From Chloroflexota bacterium (GTDB lineage Bacteria; Chloroflexota; Limnocylindria; P2-11E), in NCBI GenBank assembly GCA_005889275.1, contig VBFI01000043.1:1-63197 (forward strand): a stretch of DNA of 63,197 bases, read 5' to 3'. Below are positions 1 to 12,113 of this stretch, one piece after another. The position numbers were made by a program, and so were the translations under genes. Every line of letters starts with the position of its first letter. The stretch's first letter is position 1. The notes under the pieces were generated by a model, which worked only from the letters and a program-made list of their open reading frames with translations, did not search any database and was not told the origin of the DNA.

Positions 1-984
1 GAGATGATGCAGTCCGTCATCGAGGCCGGAACGAAGATCTGCGCCGATATCAGCGAAGCCCGGAACGAGATCGCGACCCTGCGCGGAACGCTCGCGATGC
101 TCCTCCGCCCCGCCGGGCTGCGCATCGCGTCCGCGGGCACGCACCCGTTCTCGCATTGGCAGGACCAGCAGGTCACCGAGGCCGAGCGCTACAAGGTCCT
201 CGAGGACGAGCTGCAGGACGTGATCCGCGAGCTGCTGATCTTCGGCCTGCACGTCCACGTCGGGATCGCCGACCGCGAACGGCGGGTCGAGGTGATGAAC
301 GAGGCCCGGTATTTCCTTCCGCACCTGCTCGCCATCTCGACGTCGAGCCCGTTCTGGCTCGCGCGCAACACCGGCCTCAAGTCGTACCGTCAGGTCATCT
401 GGGGACGCTTCCCCCGTACGGGCATTCCCCCCGAGTTCGCGAGCTACGACGAGTTCGAGAACTTCGTCGAGCTTCTGGTGAAGACGGCCTCCATCGACAA
501 CGGACGGAAGATCTGGTGGGACCTCCGCCCGCACGCCTTCTACCCGACGATCGAATTCCGCGTCTGCGACGCGGCGACGAGGCTCGAGGAGACGCTCTGC
601 ATCGCCGCGCTCATTCAGGCGATCTGCGCGAAGCTCCTCGTGCTCCGTGAAAAGAACCTCGGCTTCCGCCGGTACGCCCCGAGCCTCATCCAGGAGAACA
701 AGTGGCGCGCGATGCGCGGCGGCATGGATGCCAAGCTCATCGACTTCGGCAAGCAGACCGAGGTCCCGATGAAGGAGCTCGCGGTCGAGCTCCTCGAGTT
801 CGTCGACGACGTCGTCGACGCGCTCGGTTCGCGCCGCGAGGTTTCGTACCTCGAGACGATCGTGCGCGACGGGACGAGCGCCGACCGCCAGCTCCGGATC
901 TGGAAGGAAACCGGGCACCTGCACGCGGTCGTCGACCAGGTCGCGGCCGAGACCGTGGCCGGGGTCGCCGAGGTGGTCGCGTAG
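1..984 (+). CDS. ybdK: Carboxylate-amine ligase, YbdK / glutamate-cysteine ligase family 2 (5' end cut by window edge)
   Basis: Frame is open from nt 1. The product aligns from about residue 55 of YbdK-type proteins (GTHPF..W, FGLHVHVG, WWDLRP....TIEFRVCD motifs). TAG stop at 982-984. Confidence 0.8.
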   Translation, partial: EMMQSVIEAGTKICADISEARNEIATLRGTLAMLLRPAGLRIASAGTHPFSHWQDQQVTEAERYKVLEDELQDVIRELLIFGLHVHVGIADRERRVEVMNEARYFLPHLLAISTSSPFWLARNTGLKSYRQVIWGRFPRTGIPPEFASYDEFENFVELLVKTASIDNGRKIWWDLRPHAFYPTIEFRVCDAATRLEETLCIAALIQAICAKLLVLREKNLGFRRYAPSLIQENKWRAMRGGMDAKLIDFGKQTEVPMKELAVELLEFVDDVVDALGSRREVSYLETIVRDGTSADRQLRIWKETGHLHAVVDQVAAETVAGVAEVVA

Positions 985-1826
985 TGCCGAGCGTCACCGA
1001 GGCCGTCGAGGCGCTGGTGCGCGCGACCGCGGATCTCCCCGACGAGGAGATGGACCGGCCCTGGACCTGGGACGCCTACGACGAGGAAGGCCTCCGCTTC
1101 GCGCTGCTCCTCGCGCAGCACGAGCTGCGCGACCTCGCGGTCCGGATGTCCGCGTTGCGCCGGGCTCCCGCGACGCAAGCGGAGCTCATCCTCACGCAGT
1201 ACCACGCCGCGTACCGTGACCTCACCGGCGCGCTCGCGGGCACACAGGACGAGGATCTCGACCGCGCGCCGGCGGCCGAGGAGTGGCCGGTCCGCGAGGT
1301 CCTGCGGCACATGCTCGGCGCGGAATACGGCTTCCTCGGCGTCGTGCAGTACGCGCGGTCGCCCGAGCGGCCGGCCGACGCCGCGCGGGCCGAGGCCGGG
1401 CTCTCAGGATTTCGCGAGCGCCACGGCTACCGCGGCCCGGCGGAGCTCCCCGGAGGGATCGCCGAGGTGCGGACGGCGCTCTTCGAGGTCCACCGGCGGG
1501 TCCTTCGCGAGCTCGCCGGCCTTACCGACGACGAGCTCGAGTGGCCCGCGTTCTTCTGGGACGGCGAAAGGCCGATCCGCTTCCGGCTGCACCGCTTCGC
1601 GGCGCACCTCGTGCAGCACACGGTCCAGGTGGACAAGACGCTGGTCGCGATCGGTGACGCCCCGACCGAAGCGCAGCGCCTCGTCCGGATCCTTTACCGC
1701 GAGCTCGCGCCGGTCGAGATGCTCGCCGCGGGCGGCGTCGGCGAGGCCGAGCGGCGCGCCGTGGCGGCCACGCTCTGGGACCGGGCCGGCGAGATCGAGG
1801 CGCTGGTGAACGTCGTCCCGCACTAG
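984..1826 (+). CDS. DinB-family (DinB_2 / MDMPI_N-like) metal-dependent protein
   Basis: GTG at 984 overlaps the upstream TAG (TAGTG). His-containing helices (RHMLGAEYGF, HRFAAHLVQHTVQ) are typical of the DinB fold. The longer 702-start ORF is R/G-rich and overlaps ybdK. Confidence 0.6.
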   Translation: MPSVTEAVEALVRATADLPDEEMDRPWTWDAYDEEGLRFALLLAQHELRDLAVRMSALRRAPATQAELILTQYHAAYRDLTGALAGTQDEDLDRAPAAEEWPVREVLRHMLGAEYGFLGVVQYARSPERPADAARAEAGLSGFRERHGYRGPAELPGGIAEVRTALFEVHRRVLRELAGLTDDELEWPAFFWDGERPIRFRLHRFAAHLVQHTVQVDKTLVAIGDAPTEAQRLVRILYRELAPVEMLAAGGVGEAERRAVAATLWDRAGEIEALVNVVPH

Positions 1827-1832
1827 ACCGGT

Positions 1833-3272
1833 TCAGTCGGCGGTCGCGAGATCCTTGGCGACCGCCGTCAGGACGTCGCCCGCCTTCTTGAGATGCGCCA
1901 CGTCGACGACCGCCGGCACGTCCTTGTACGTATGGAGGATGTAGTCCGACCAGCCGACGAAGACCGCGGGCACGCGACGCCGCACGAAGGTCGTCTGGTC
2001 GCTGCCGCCGCCACCGATCGGCTGGCTCGAGATGCCGAGCTTCGTCGCGGCGTCACGAACGCGCTTCTGCAGCTCGGGCGCCTCGCTCGAGACGATGAGC
2101 GAGCTGCCGCAGCAGCCGATCACGTCGAGGTCGATCATCGCGATGAGGCTCTCCACGCGTCCGGGCGTCACCGCCGTCTGCGCCGCGTACGCCTCGGATC
2201 CGAGCAGGCCCTCTTCCTCGCCGGCGAACGCGACGAACAGGACCGAATGGCGCAGCGAGGCCTTCGCCGCGGAGAGCGCGCGCGCCATCTCGATGACGAC
2301 CGCGGGTCCTGAGGCGTTGTCGTTGGCAGCCTGGAACACCGAGCCGTCCGGATCGGTCCCCACGCCGTCGAGATGGCCCCCGACCATGACCGCGCGCTTC
2401 GCGGCGTCGGGATCGGGTGCCCGGAGCAGGCCCACGACGTTGAACGCGTCGACGTCGTGCACGGGCGTGAGCGACACGCTCATGCGCACGACCGTCGGGA
2501 CGTCGAAGCCGGAGTCGGGCGCGTTCGGGTCGGCACGCCGGGCGTTCACCGCGGCCTGCTCGTCGCTCACCTTCTTGCCGCTCGCGGCCAAGAGGTCGTT
2601 CGCGACATCCTCCGTGATGACCAGCGTTGGGATCGTGGCGGACTGCAACCGCGGGATCGGCGAGTAGCGGATCGTCGCGCCGCCGATGACGAGGACTCCG
2701 GCCGCGCCCTCGGCGTACGCGTTCTCGACCGCGCTGCCGCCCCCGGGCATCACCGGTCCGGTCACAAGCGCGATCTTCCCTTTGACGTTCGCGCCCGCGA
2801 AGTCGTTCTGGCCATTTGCGCGCGCGGCTCCGCCGACGACGGCGATCTCCGCCTCCGCCGACCCGCTCCCGGATCGCCCGCCGACGCTCTCGGTGAAGTC
2901 GACCCGCGCCTTGTATTGCTTCGCGGCCGCCCCGGTGCGGCTCAGCGCCGGCATCGCGGTGTTGTCAACGATCGGCGTCGTGAAGTGCTGGAAGAAGGTG
3001 CCGCCGTCTCCCCACGGCTCGAGACCGATCTCGCTGAACCGGTCCGCGACGTACCCGGCGGCGTCCCGATATCCCGGCGAGCCGGTGTAGCGGCCACCCC
3101 GCGCCACGTCGGCGAGCCAATCGACGTGCGCCTTTGCTCTCGTCCCATCGAACTCCCCCGCGGTCTGGCTCGCAGCCGCGGGCGACGGCCGGGGTGTCGG
3201 CGAGTCAGCCGGCTGCGCGATGGGACCGCACGCCGCGAGGAGCACCGCTCCGACGACGAACGCCCGGATCAC
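1833..3272 (-). CDS. M28-family aminopeptidase lipoprotein with PA domain
   Basis: Motifs [15 protein letters not shown] and [11 protein letters not shown] are M28 zinc ligands. Signal plus lipobox LLAAC. GTG at 3272 overlaps the metG stop (GTGA). The upstream 40 codons of the tracked ORF are A/R-rich and lie inside metG. Confidence 0.8.
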   Translation of the reverse strand: MIRAFVVGAVLLAACGPIAQPADSPTPRPSPAAASQTAGEFDGTRAKAHVDWLADVARGGRYTGSPGYRDAAGYVADRFSEIGLEPWGDGGTFFQHFTTPIVDNTAMPALSRTGAAAKQYKARVDFTESVGGRSGSGSAEAEIAVVGGAARANGQNDFAGANVKGKIALVTGPVMPGGGSAVENAYAEGAAGVLVIGGATIRYSPIPRLQSATIPTLVITEDVANDLLAASGKKVSDEQAAVNARRADPNAPDSGFDVPTVVRMSVSLTPVHDVDAFNVVGLLRAPDPDAAKRAVMVGGHLDGVGTDPDGSVFQAANDNASGPAVVIEMARALSAAKASLRHSVLFVAFAGEEEGLLGSEAYAAQTAVTPGRVESLIAMIDLDVIGCCGSSLIVSSEAPELQKRVRDAATKLGISSQPIGGGGSDQTTFVRRRVPAVFVGWSDYILHTYKDVPAVVDVAHLKKAGDVLTAVAKDLATAD

Positions 3273-5059
3273 TTGCCCCCGTGCTCTTCCATCCGGCGGA
3301 GCTCCTCCAGGACGATGCTGGGGTCCAGCTTCTTGAAGAGCGGCTGCGGCTCGCGAAGCTTCTGCCCGGGCTCGAGCTTCGGCGGCGCCCACGTCCCTGC
3401 GAGACGGCGGTAGTCGCCGGTGAGGACCTCGTGCGTCGACGCGTCCTCCTCGCGGACGGTGCGGCGCTCGGGCGCCGCGGCGATGACCCCGTCGTGCCCG
3501 AGGTACTCATGGAGCTTCTGGCTGGAGAACGGAACGAACGGGGTGAACATCAGCTTGAGGTCGTCGACGCAACGAAGCGCGACGTACAGGACCGTCCCCG
3601 CGCGCTCACGGTCCGTCGCGATCAGCTTCCAGGGCTCGTTCGTCGTGAGGTACTGGTTCACGAGCGCGGCGAGATGCAGGGCCTCCTGGAGCGCGGCACG
3701 AAAGCGTGCCGCCTCGAGGTGCTCTCCGACGCTCGTGAAGCCGTGGTCGACCGTCTCGACGAGGATGGTGTCCTCCGCCGTGAGCGGCCCGGGCCGGGGC
3801 ACCTCGCCGAAGCGGCGAAAGGCGTTCACAAGGGTCCGGTGCGCGAGGTTGCCCCAGGTCGCGACGAGCTCGTCGTTGTTGCGTCGCACGAAGTCCGCCC
3901 AGGTGAAGTCGGTGTCCTGCGTCTCGGGACCCGCGAGCATGAGGTAGAACCGCAGCGCGTCGGCGTCGTACCGCGAGAGGAAGTCATTGACGTAGACCGC
4001 GACCCCGCGGCTCGTCGAGAACTTTCTGCCCTCCATGGTGAGGAACTCGCTCGACACGACGTTGTACGGGAGCTGCAGCGGCTCGCCGCGCCCGCCCGCG
4101 ATCTTCCCGCCGTTGCCGTAGCCGAGCAGGATCGCGGGCCAGATGGTGGTGTGGAAGACGATGTTGTCCTTCCCCATGAAGTAGAAGTGGCGGCACGCGG
4201 GGTCCTGCCAGAAGTCGCGCCACGCCTCGGGCCGGTCGATCATCTTCGCCCACTCGACCGCCGCGGAGAAGTAGCCGATCACCGCGTCGAACCACACGTA
4301 CATGCGTTTGTCAGGGCGGTCTTCCCATCCCGGAAGCGGGATGGGCACGCCCCAGTCGATGTCGCGGGTGATCGCGCGCGGCTTGAGGTTCGCGATGTAG
4401 TTGAGCGAGAAGTTGCGCACGTTCGGCCGCCAGTGCGACTGACGTGAGATCCATCTGGTGAGCGGCTCGGCGAACGCCGGGAGATCGAGATAGAAGTGCT
4501 CGCTCTCCTTGAAGATCGGACGGGTGCCGTCGATCCGTGAGCGCGGGTTGATGAGCTGCTCGGGGTCGAGCTGGTTTCCGCAGTTGTCGCACTGGTCACC
4601 GCGGGCGCTCGGGAAGCCGCAGATCGGACACGTGCCCTCGATGTACCGGTCAGGCAACGTCCGTCCGGTCGATTCCTGGAAGGCGCCGAGGGCGGTCTTC
4701 TTGATGAGGTAGCCCTTGTCGAAGAGCGTCTTGAAGACGTCCTGCACCACGGTGGTGTGGTTGCGCGTCGTGGTGCGCGTGAAGCAGTCGTAGGAGAGTC
4801 CGAGCGCGCGGAGGTCCTCGCTGATGATCCGGTTGTACTTGTCGACGGCCTCCTTCGGCGTGAGGCCCTCGGCGTCGGCCTGGATGAGGTTCGGCGTTCC
4901 GTGCTCGTCGGTGCCGCTCACCATCAGGACGTCGTTCCCCTTCAGGCGGTGATAGCGCGCGAAGACGTCCGACGGGACGCCGAAACCGGCGACGTGGCCG
5001 AGATGTCGCGGGCCGTTCGTATACGGCCAGGCGACGGCGACGAAGATGCGCTCGGGCAT
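3269..5059 (-). CDS. metG: Methionine--tRNA ligase
   Basis: N-terminal HIGH-type motif ([13 protein letters not shown]), CxxC...CxxC zinc knuckle (CPICG...CDNCG) and KFSTSRG (KMSKS-like). Confidence 0.95.
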   Translation of the reverse strand: MPERIFVAVAWPYTNGPRHLGHVAGFGVPSDVFARYHRLKGNDVLMVSGTDEHGTPNLIQADAEGLTPKEAVDKYNRIISEDLRALGLSYDCFTRTTTRNHTTVVQDVFKTLFDKGYLIKKTALGAFQESTGRTLPDRYIEGTCPICGFPSARGDQCDNCGNQLDPEQLINPRSRIDGTRPIFKESEHFYLDLPAFAEPLTRWISRQSHWRPNVRNFSLNYIANLKPRAITRDIDWGVPIPLPGWEDRPDKRMYVWFDAVIGYFSAAVEWAKMIDRPEAWRDFWQDPACRHFYFMGKDNIVFHTTIWPAILLGYGNGGKIAGGRGEPLQLPYNVVSSEFLTMEGRKFSTSRGVAVYVNDFLSRYDADALRFYLMLAGPETQDTDFTWADFVRRNNDELVATWGNLAHRTLVNAFRRFGEVPRPGPLTAEDTILVETVDHGFTSVGEHLEAARFRAALQEALHLAALVNQYLTTNEPWKLIATDRERAGTVLYVALRCVDDLKLMFTPFVPFSSQKLHEYLGHDGVIAAAPERRTVREEDASTHEVLTGDYRRLAGTWAPPKLEPGQKLREPQPLFKKLDPSIVLEELRRMEEHGGK

Positions 5060-5069
5060 GTGCCCAAAC

Positions 5070-5075
5070 TAGCCT
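5070..5075 (+). promoter_or_regulatory. -10-like TAGCCT, 6 nt upstream of the tatD GTG (leaderless signature)
   Basis: TANNNT hexamer + N6 + GTG. No SD is possible in a 6-nt gap. Confidence 0.45.
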
Positions 5076-5081
5076 CTGCCC

Positions 5082-5870
5082 GTGATCGACGCACACGCTC
5101 ATCTCACCGATCGACGTTTCGCCGACGACGTCGACCTGGTCCTCGAGCGCGCTCGGCACGTCGGCATCGAGCGCGTGCTCACCGCCGGCGAAGACCTCGC
5201 GTCGAGCGAGGCCGCGCTTGCGCTCGCGCGCCGACACGATGACGTGCGCGTCGCGGTCGGCGTGCATCCGCACCGGGCCGAATCGTGGAACGACGACGTC
5301 GCGCGCGCGCTCGCGGAGCTCGCGCGCGACGGCAACGTCGTCGCGATCGGCGAGATCGGGCTCGACCACTCGGGGCGGAGCGCGCCGCTCGAGGCGCAGG
5401 AGCGCGCCCTTCGCGGCCAGCTCGCGCTCGCGCAGCGGCTCGGCCTCCCGGTCGTGCTGCACGTGCGGGACGCCGGGCCGCGCGTTCGCTCGGTGCTTGG
5501 GGAGGCGGGTCCGATCCGCGGGATGGTCCACTGCTACAGCGAAGGACCCGAGGAGCTCCCCGCCTGGATCGACCTCGGCTGCTTCGTCTCGTTCGCGGGC
5601 ACGCTCACGTATCCCGGGAGCGACCGGCTTCGCCAGGCGGCCGCGGCCGCGCCGCAGGATTGGATCCTCGCCGAGACCGATGCGCCGTACCTCGCGCCGC
5701 AGAACGTCCGCGGCCGGCGGAACGAGCCCCTCTACGTGGCGGCGACCCACGCCGCCCTCGCCCAGGCCCTCGGCGAGGACCTGGGCATCCTGGCCGGCCG
5801 GATCGCCCTGAACGCCCGGACCCTCTTCGGGGAGCGCTGGGGAACCTCGCCTGCCCGGCCGGCGTCTTGA
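5082..5870 (+). CDS. TatD-family metal-dependent hydrolase (DNase)
   Basis: MIDAHAHL start, HVRDA, HCYSG-like (VHCYSE) and ETDAPYL motifs. GTG start lies 6 nt after a TAGCCT -10-like hexamer. Confidence 0.85.
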   Translation: MIDAHAHLTDRRFADDVDLVLERARHVGIERVLTAGEDLASSEAALALARRHDDVRVAVGVHPHRAESWNDDVARALAELARDGNVVAIGEIGLDHSGRSAPLEAQERALRGQLALAQRLGLPVVLHVRDAGPRVRSVLGEAGPIRGMVHCYSEGPEELPAWIDLGCFVSFAGTLTYPGSDRLRQAAAAAPQDWILAETDAPYLAPQNVRGRRNEPLYVAATHAALAQALGEDLGILAGRIALNARTLFGERWGTSPARPAS

Positions 5871-5893
5871 CGGGCAGAACGTCTCGAAAGCAG

Positions 5894-6787
5894 GTGAAGC
5901 TCGTGGGCAAGCTCGTCCTTGGTCTCGCCGCGTTCGCACTGGTGCTCGGCGCCTGCTCGCAGGCCGCCACGACGGCGGGCGCGCCCGCCACGGTCGGCCG
6001 GACGGAGGTCGGATCCGGTTTCTCCACCGACGCCTCGTCCAAGGGGGGAGCGCCCCTGACCGTCGCGCCGCAGGAGGGCATCCCGGCGGTCGTCGTGAAC
6101 GCCGATCGCAACCTCATCCTCACGGCGAAGATCGACATGCGTACGAAGGACCCCTGGGCGACCAGCCAGACGGTCCAGCAGCTCGCCGGATCCCTCGGCG
6201 GTGACGTGCTGAACGTGAACGAGTCAGGCACGTCCGACAACCGCACCGCGTCGCTCACCATCCGCGTCCCCTCGCGCAGCTTCCAGGAGGCCCTTCGGCA
6301 GATCCGCGCGCTCGACGGCGAGGTCGTGACCTCGAACGTCAGCGGGCAGGACGTCACCGATCAGTTCGTCGACCTTCAGGCCCGTCTCACGGCGAAGCAG
6401 GCCGAGGAGGCCCGCTACAACGCGCTCCTCGTGCGCGCGAACACGATCGACGAGATCCTGAAGATCGACAGCGCGCTCTCGAACGTCCGCACGCAGGTCG
6501 AGCAGCTCACCGGACAGATCAACTCGATCAAGAGCCGGACCGACTTCTCGACCATCTCGATGTCGGTCTCGCCGATCACGATCCTGCCGGTGTCGGAGCC
6601 GGCGCGGGCGTGGGACCCCGCGAAGACCGTGGTCCGCGCGCTCGGCGCGCTCGCCGCGATGCTGCAGGTGTTCGGTGACGTCGCCATCTGGCTCATCGTC
6701 TTCGGCTGGATTCCGCTCATCGCGCTCGCCGGGATCTTCTTGGCGGCACGCGCCCGTCGTCCCGCGATAAGCCCACCGACCGCTTAG
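5894..6787 (+). CDS. DUF4349-like lipoprotein with C-terminal TM anchor
   Basis: Signal plus lipobox (LVLGAC), coiled-coil middle (LQARLTAKQAEEARYNALL...) and a C-terminal hydrophobic pair. The start could instead be GTG 5903. Confidence 0.6.
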   Translation: MKLVGKLVLGLAAFALVLGACSQAATTAGAPATVGRTEVGSGFSTDASSKGGAPLTVAPQEGIPAVVVNADRNLILTAKIDMRTKDPWATSQTVQQLAGSLGGDVLNVNESGTSDNRTASLTIRVPSRSFQEALRQIRALDGEVVTSNVSGQDVTDQFVDLQARLTAKQAEEARYNALLVRANTIDEILKIDSALSNVRTQVEQLTGQINSIKSRTDFSTISMSVSPITILPVSEPARAWDPAKTVVRALGALAAMLQVFGDVAIWLIVFGWIPLIALAGIFLAARARRPAISPPTA

Positions 6788-6812
6788 TTCCCTCAGCGCA
6801 TTCCCTCGCGAG

Positions 6813-6848
6813 CCGGCCCGCCCTCCACGGCGGGCCGGTTCGTGTTTG
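6813..6848 (+). terminator. Hairpin terminator after the DUF4349 gene
   Basis: 10-bp GC stem CCGGCCCGCC / GGCGGGCCGG, 6-nt loop, followed by TTCGTGTTTG. Confidence 0.55.
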
Positions 6849-6873
6849 CGTGGGCCGAGACGCGGCCTAGGCT
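6845..6873 (+). promoter_or_regulatory. Respiratory-operon promoter: TTTGCG-N17-TAGGCT, 6 nt upstream of the ctaC GTG (leaderless signature)
   Basis: Hexamers read directly. The GTG is at 6880. Confidence 0.5.
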
Positions 6874-6879
6874 CCGGGC

Positions 6880-7757
6880 GTGAGGCCGCCCGCCGAATCC
6901 ATCGGCAACCTCGCAGTGATCGTGGGGGCGATCGCGCTCCTCATCTTCGTCGCCGTTGAGGGCGCGCTCGTCTACGTGGTCTGGCGGTACCGCGCGTCGC
7001 GGACCACGACGCCCGCGCTCTTCGAAGGTCATACGCGGCTCGAGATCGCGTGGACCGCGATCCCCGCGCTCACGCTCGTCGTCGTCTTCGCCCTGATGCT
7101 CGGCACGCTCGGCGAGATCGGCGCCGCGCTCGAACCCGGGATGCGCGTGCGGGCCGTCGGCCACCAGTGGTGGTGGGAGTTCACGTACGGCGACGTCGTG
7201 ACCGCGAACGAGATGCACATCCCTGTCGGCACCGCCGTCGAGGTCGACCTTCTCTCCGCCGACGTGAACCACAGCTTCTGGGTGCCGGAGCTCGGCGGAA
7301 AGATCGACATGATCCCGGGCCAGACCAATCACGTCCGCCTGCTCGCGCGGCGCGCGGGCGTGTACGAGGGCCAGTGCGCCGAGTTCTGCGGGGTAGAGCA
7401 CGCGTGGATGCGCATTCGCGTCGTCGCCGAGCCCGCGGACGAGTTCGCTCGCTGGCTCGCCGCGCAGGCCGCGCCGGCCGCCGCCGCGGCGACCGATGGC
7501 GAGCGCGTGTTCATGGCCAACACCTGCGTGAGCTGCCACGCCATCCGTGGGACGCCGGCGACCGGCCGGGCGGGGCCCGACCTCACGCACGTGGGCGCGC
7601 GCGCCACCATCGGCGCGGGGGTGCTCCCGCAGGGCGTCGCGGATCTGCGCGAATGGCTCGCCGATCCGCAGCGCTACAAGCCGGGTTCGCTCATGCCGCG
7701 CGTGCCGCTCTCCGGCGCGGACCTCGACGCCGTCGCGGCGTACCTGGCGGCGCTCCG

Positions 7758-7761
<4 letters not shown>
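6880..7761 (+). CDS. ctaC: Cytochrome c oxidase subunit II with fused C-terminal cytochrome c domain (caa3-type)
   Basis: Two N-terminal TM helices. CuA site HSFWVPELGGK...CAEFCGVEHAWM. C-terminal CVSCH heme-c motif. Confidence 0.9.
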
Positions 7762-9382
<1,621 letters not shown>

Positions 9383-9386
<4 letters not shown>

Positions 9387-9940
9387 TCGCCGACGCCAGC
9401 CGCGCGCCCGCGCTCGTCACGAACCGGACCCTCCTCGGCATGGTCCTCTTCATCTCGTCGGAGTCGATCTTCTTCTTCGCCGTCGTCGTCGCCTATCTCG
9501 CGAACCGCGACGCCGGCCTCGCCGACGCGCGCGCGAATCTCGACCTCTTGCGCACCGCGATCTTCTCCGTCGCCCTCTTCGCGAGCAGCGGCACGGTCGC
9601 GGTCGCGGCGGCGCGGCGAGACGGGCGATGGATCGCCGCGACGTTCGCGCTCGGCGCGATCTTCCTGGGCGGCCAGGGGAGCGAATATCTGCGATTGCTC
9701 CAGACGGGCGTCGGCCCGCAGAGCGCGCTGTTCGGCACGACCTTCTTCACGCTGACCGGGCTGCATGGACTGCACGTCCTCGTCGGCCTCATCGCGCTGG
9801 CGGCGCTGGCGCTCGCGGCGCGGAGCCGTCGCGGCGCGGTCCGCCCCGTCGCGTGGGAGGCCGTGAGCATCTACTGGCACTTCGTCGACGCCGTCTGGGT
9901 CGTCGTCTTCACCGTCGTCTACGTGGGGACCTTCGTGTGA
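9383..9940 (+). CDS. ctaE: Cytochrome c oxidase subunit III
   Basis: ATGA overlap with ctaD. Polytopic hydrophobic product with FFTLTGLHGLHVLVG and YWHFVD motifs. Confidence 0.85.
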
Positions 9941-10110
9941 GCGGCCATGCGGTGCCCTCGCCATCGATCTGGCCGGTGACCCTCGCGGTCGGCGCCGGGC
10001 TTGCCGCGGTTGGTTTGCTCACGAACTGGGTCGTGCTCCTCGCCGGAGTGGCGATCCTGGCGCTCGGGATCGTCGGATGGATCGCCGAGTCGCTCGAGCA
10101 GACCGGATGA
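9937..10110 (+). CDS. Small two-TM membrane protein, possible oxidase subunit IV
   Basis: GTGA overlap with ctaE and ATGA overlap with the Rieske gene. The 57-aa product is two hydrophobic helices. The function is inferred from position only. Confidence 0.5.
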   Translation: MSGHAVPSPSIWPVTLAVGAGLAAVGLLTNWVVLLAGVAILALGIVGWIAESLEQTG

Positions 10111-10607
10111 GCCCGCTCGATCGCCGGACCTTTCTCTCCCGGATCACCGTCGCGCTCAGCGTGTTCATCGCCGGACTGGTCGGCGTCCCGATCCTCGGCA
10201 ACCTGCTCGCGCCGCTCTTCCGAGCGCCGCCCGACGGCTTCGTCGAGGTCGCCAAGGTGGCCGACTTCGCGCTCGGCGTCACGAAGCTCGTCTCCATCCG
10301 CGACCAGAGCCCGCTCGCCTGGGCGGGTCAGACGGCCGACACCGCGCTCTGGGTCCGGCGGCGTGAGGACGCGGGACCGCAGATGTTCCAGGTCTTCAAC
10401 GTGAACTGCACGCACCTCGGATGTCCGGTGAACTGGCAGGCGTCGGCGAAGATCTTTCTCTGCCCGTGCCACGGCGGCGTGTACTACGCCGACGGCACGG
10501 TCGCCGGCGGCCCGCCGCCGCGGCCGCTCTTCGAACGCGAGTGGCAGGTGAGCGGCGATCGACTGCTGGTGCGGCAGCAGCCTCTTCCCACCGTGAAGCA
10601 GGGATGA
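10107..10607 (+). CDS. Rieske [2Fe-2S] protein of a menaquinol/quinol:cytochrome c reductase
   Basis: Twin-arginine leader (DRRTFL). CTHLGC...CPCHGG cluster-binding boxes. Confidence 0.9.
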   Translation: MSPLDRRTFLSRITVALSVFIAGLVGVPILGNLLAPLFRAPPDGFVEVAKVADFALGVTKLVSIRDQSPLAWAGQTADTALWVRRREDAGPQMFQVFNVNCTHLGCPVNWQASAKIFLCPCHGGVYYADGTVAGGPPPRPLFEREWQVSGDRLLVRQQPLPTVKQG

Positions 10608-12025
10608 GCGTGCTTCGCGGTATCGGGAAAATCCCAGGCCAGATCGCGAGCTGGCTCGGGGAGCGGTTCGAGCTCGAGGACAGCGTGCTCGCCGTCCTTC
10701 GGCACCCCGTCCCGCGAGAGCTCGAGCGCCCCGTGGGCTGGTGGTACGTGTTCGGCAGCGCGACCCTCGCGGTCTTCGTCGTGCAGGTCGCGACCGGCGT
10801 CGGCCTCGCGATGACCTATGTCCCGGCGCCGAACAGCGCGTACGACTCGCTGCAGTTCATCAGCCACGACGCGACGCTCGGTGCGGTCGTACGCGGGATC
10901 CATTACTTCGGCGCGGGCGCCATGGTCGTGCTCGTCCTCATCCACATGACGCAGGTCTACCTCTTTGGCGCGTTCAAGTTCCCGCGCGAGGCGAACTGGC
11001 TCTCGGGCTCGCTGCTCCTTCTCGCGGTGCTGGCGATGGCCTTCACCGGCCAGCTGCTCCGATGGGACCAGGACGCGTTCTGGTCGATCGTCGTCGCGGC
11101 GGAGCAGGCGGCGCAGGCGCCGCTCATCGGCGACTGGCTCGCCCACCTGGTGGTCGCGGGCGCGAACGTCGGCGGCGCGACGCTCACGCGCTTCTACGCG
11201 ACCCATGTCTTCCTCATCCCGGCCGCGACCTTCGGACTGATCGGGATCCACCTGTACCTCGTCGTGAAACGAGGGATCTCGGAGCCGCCGGTCGCCGGAG
11301 TCGGCGTCGACAGGCGCACGTACCGCCGGCGCTACGAGGAGATCCTGGGCCGCGGCATCCCCTTCTGGCCGGACGCGGCGTGGCGCGACGCGGCCATCTC
11401 GGCGGTCGTCGTCGTGATCGTGGTCGTGCTCGCGGCGCTCATCGGCGCGCCGGCCCTTGGCCGGGCTCCGGATCCGACGGTCGTCATCGCGGACCCGCGG
11501 CCCGACTGGTACTTCCTCGGCTACTTCGCGCTGCTCGCGCTGATCCCGCCGGCGACCGAGGCGATCGTCATCATCGGCCTGCCCCTCCTCGCGTTCGTCT
11601 TCCTCTTTCTCGTGCCGATCTTCTGGCCCGACGGCGAGCGGCACTGGTCACGGCGTCCGGTCGCGATCGCCGCGGTCGCGTTGCCTTTCATCGCGTACGC
11701 CTCTCTGACCGTCGCCGGCCTTCAGTCGCCGTGGGTGCCGCTGCTCGAGGGCGCGAACCTGCCGACCTCGGTGACCGCCGGCCTCGAGCCGCAGGCGGCG
11801 CGCGGCGCACAGCTCTTCACGGCGAAGAGCTGCTGGGCGTGCCACCAGATCGACGGCAGCGGCGGGCGCAAGGGCCCGGACCTTTCGCACGTGGCCGCGC
11901 GCCTGACGCGAGAGCGGCTGGTCGCGCGGATCGCGGGTGGCGGCGGTGGGATGCCCGCCTTCGCCGGCAGTCTCGCGCCGCAGGAGCTCGACGACCTCAC
12001 CACGTTCCTCTTCACGCGCAAGTAG
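10604..12025 (+). CDS. Cytochrome b (b6 + subunit IV-like) with fused C-terminal monoheme cytochrome c
   Basis: ATGA overlap with the Rieske gene. Cytochrome b N-terminal signatures (WWYVFGS, RGIHYFGA, conserved His in helices), extra TM helices, and a C-terminal CWACH heme-c motif. Confidence 0.85.
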   Translation: MSVLRGIGKIPGQIASWLGERFELEDSVLAVLRHPVPRELERPVGWWYVFGSATLAVFVVQVATGVGLAMTYVPAPNSAYDSLQFISHDATLGAVVRGIHYFGAGAMVVLVLIHMTQVYLFGAFKFPREANWLSGSLLLLAVLAMAFTGQLLRWDQDAFWSIVVAAEQAAQAPLIGDWLAHLVVAGANVGGATLTRFYATHVFLIPAATFGLIGIHLYLVVKRGISEPPVAGVGVDRRTYRRRYEEILGRGIPFWPDAAWRDAAISAVVVVIVVVLAALIGAPALGRAPDPTVVIADPRPDWYFLGYFALLALIPPATEAIVIIGLPLLAFVFLFLVPIFWPDGERHWSRRPVAIAAVALPFIAYASLTVAGLQSPWVPLLEGANLPTSVTAGLEPQAARGAQLFTAKSCWACHQIDGSGGRKGPDLSHVAARLTRERLVARIAGGGGGMPAFAGSLAPQELDDLTTFLFTRK

Positions 12026-12101
12026 ACGAGCAGACACACGCCCCGATGTCTCGTGCGACCCCCTGCGTCGGGTTTGACAACTCGGTGAGCTGACTCAGGC
12101 C

Positions 12102-12107
12102 TAGCCT
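12102..12107 (+). promoter_or_regulatory. -10-like TAGCCT, 6 nt upstream of GTG 12114 (leaderless signature)
   Basis: Same TAGSCT-N6-GTG geometry. Confidence 0.45.
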
Positions 12108-12113
12108 CCGGCG

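Noticed and set aside
12073-12078. Perfect TTGACA as the -35 for the gene at 12114
   Set aside because: The spacing to the TAGCCT -10 candidate is about 23 nt, which is too long for a sigma-70-type promoter. It is probably coincidental or belongs to another start site.
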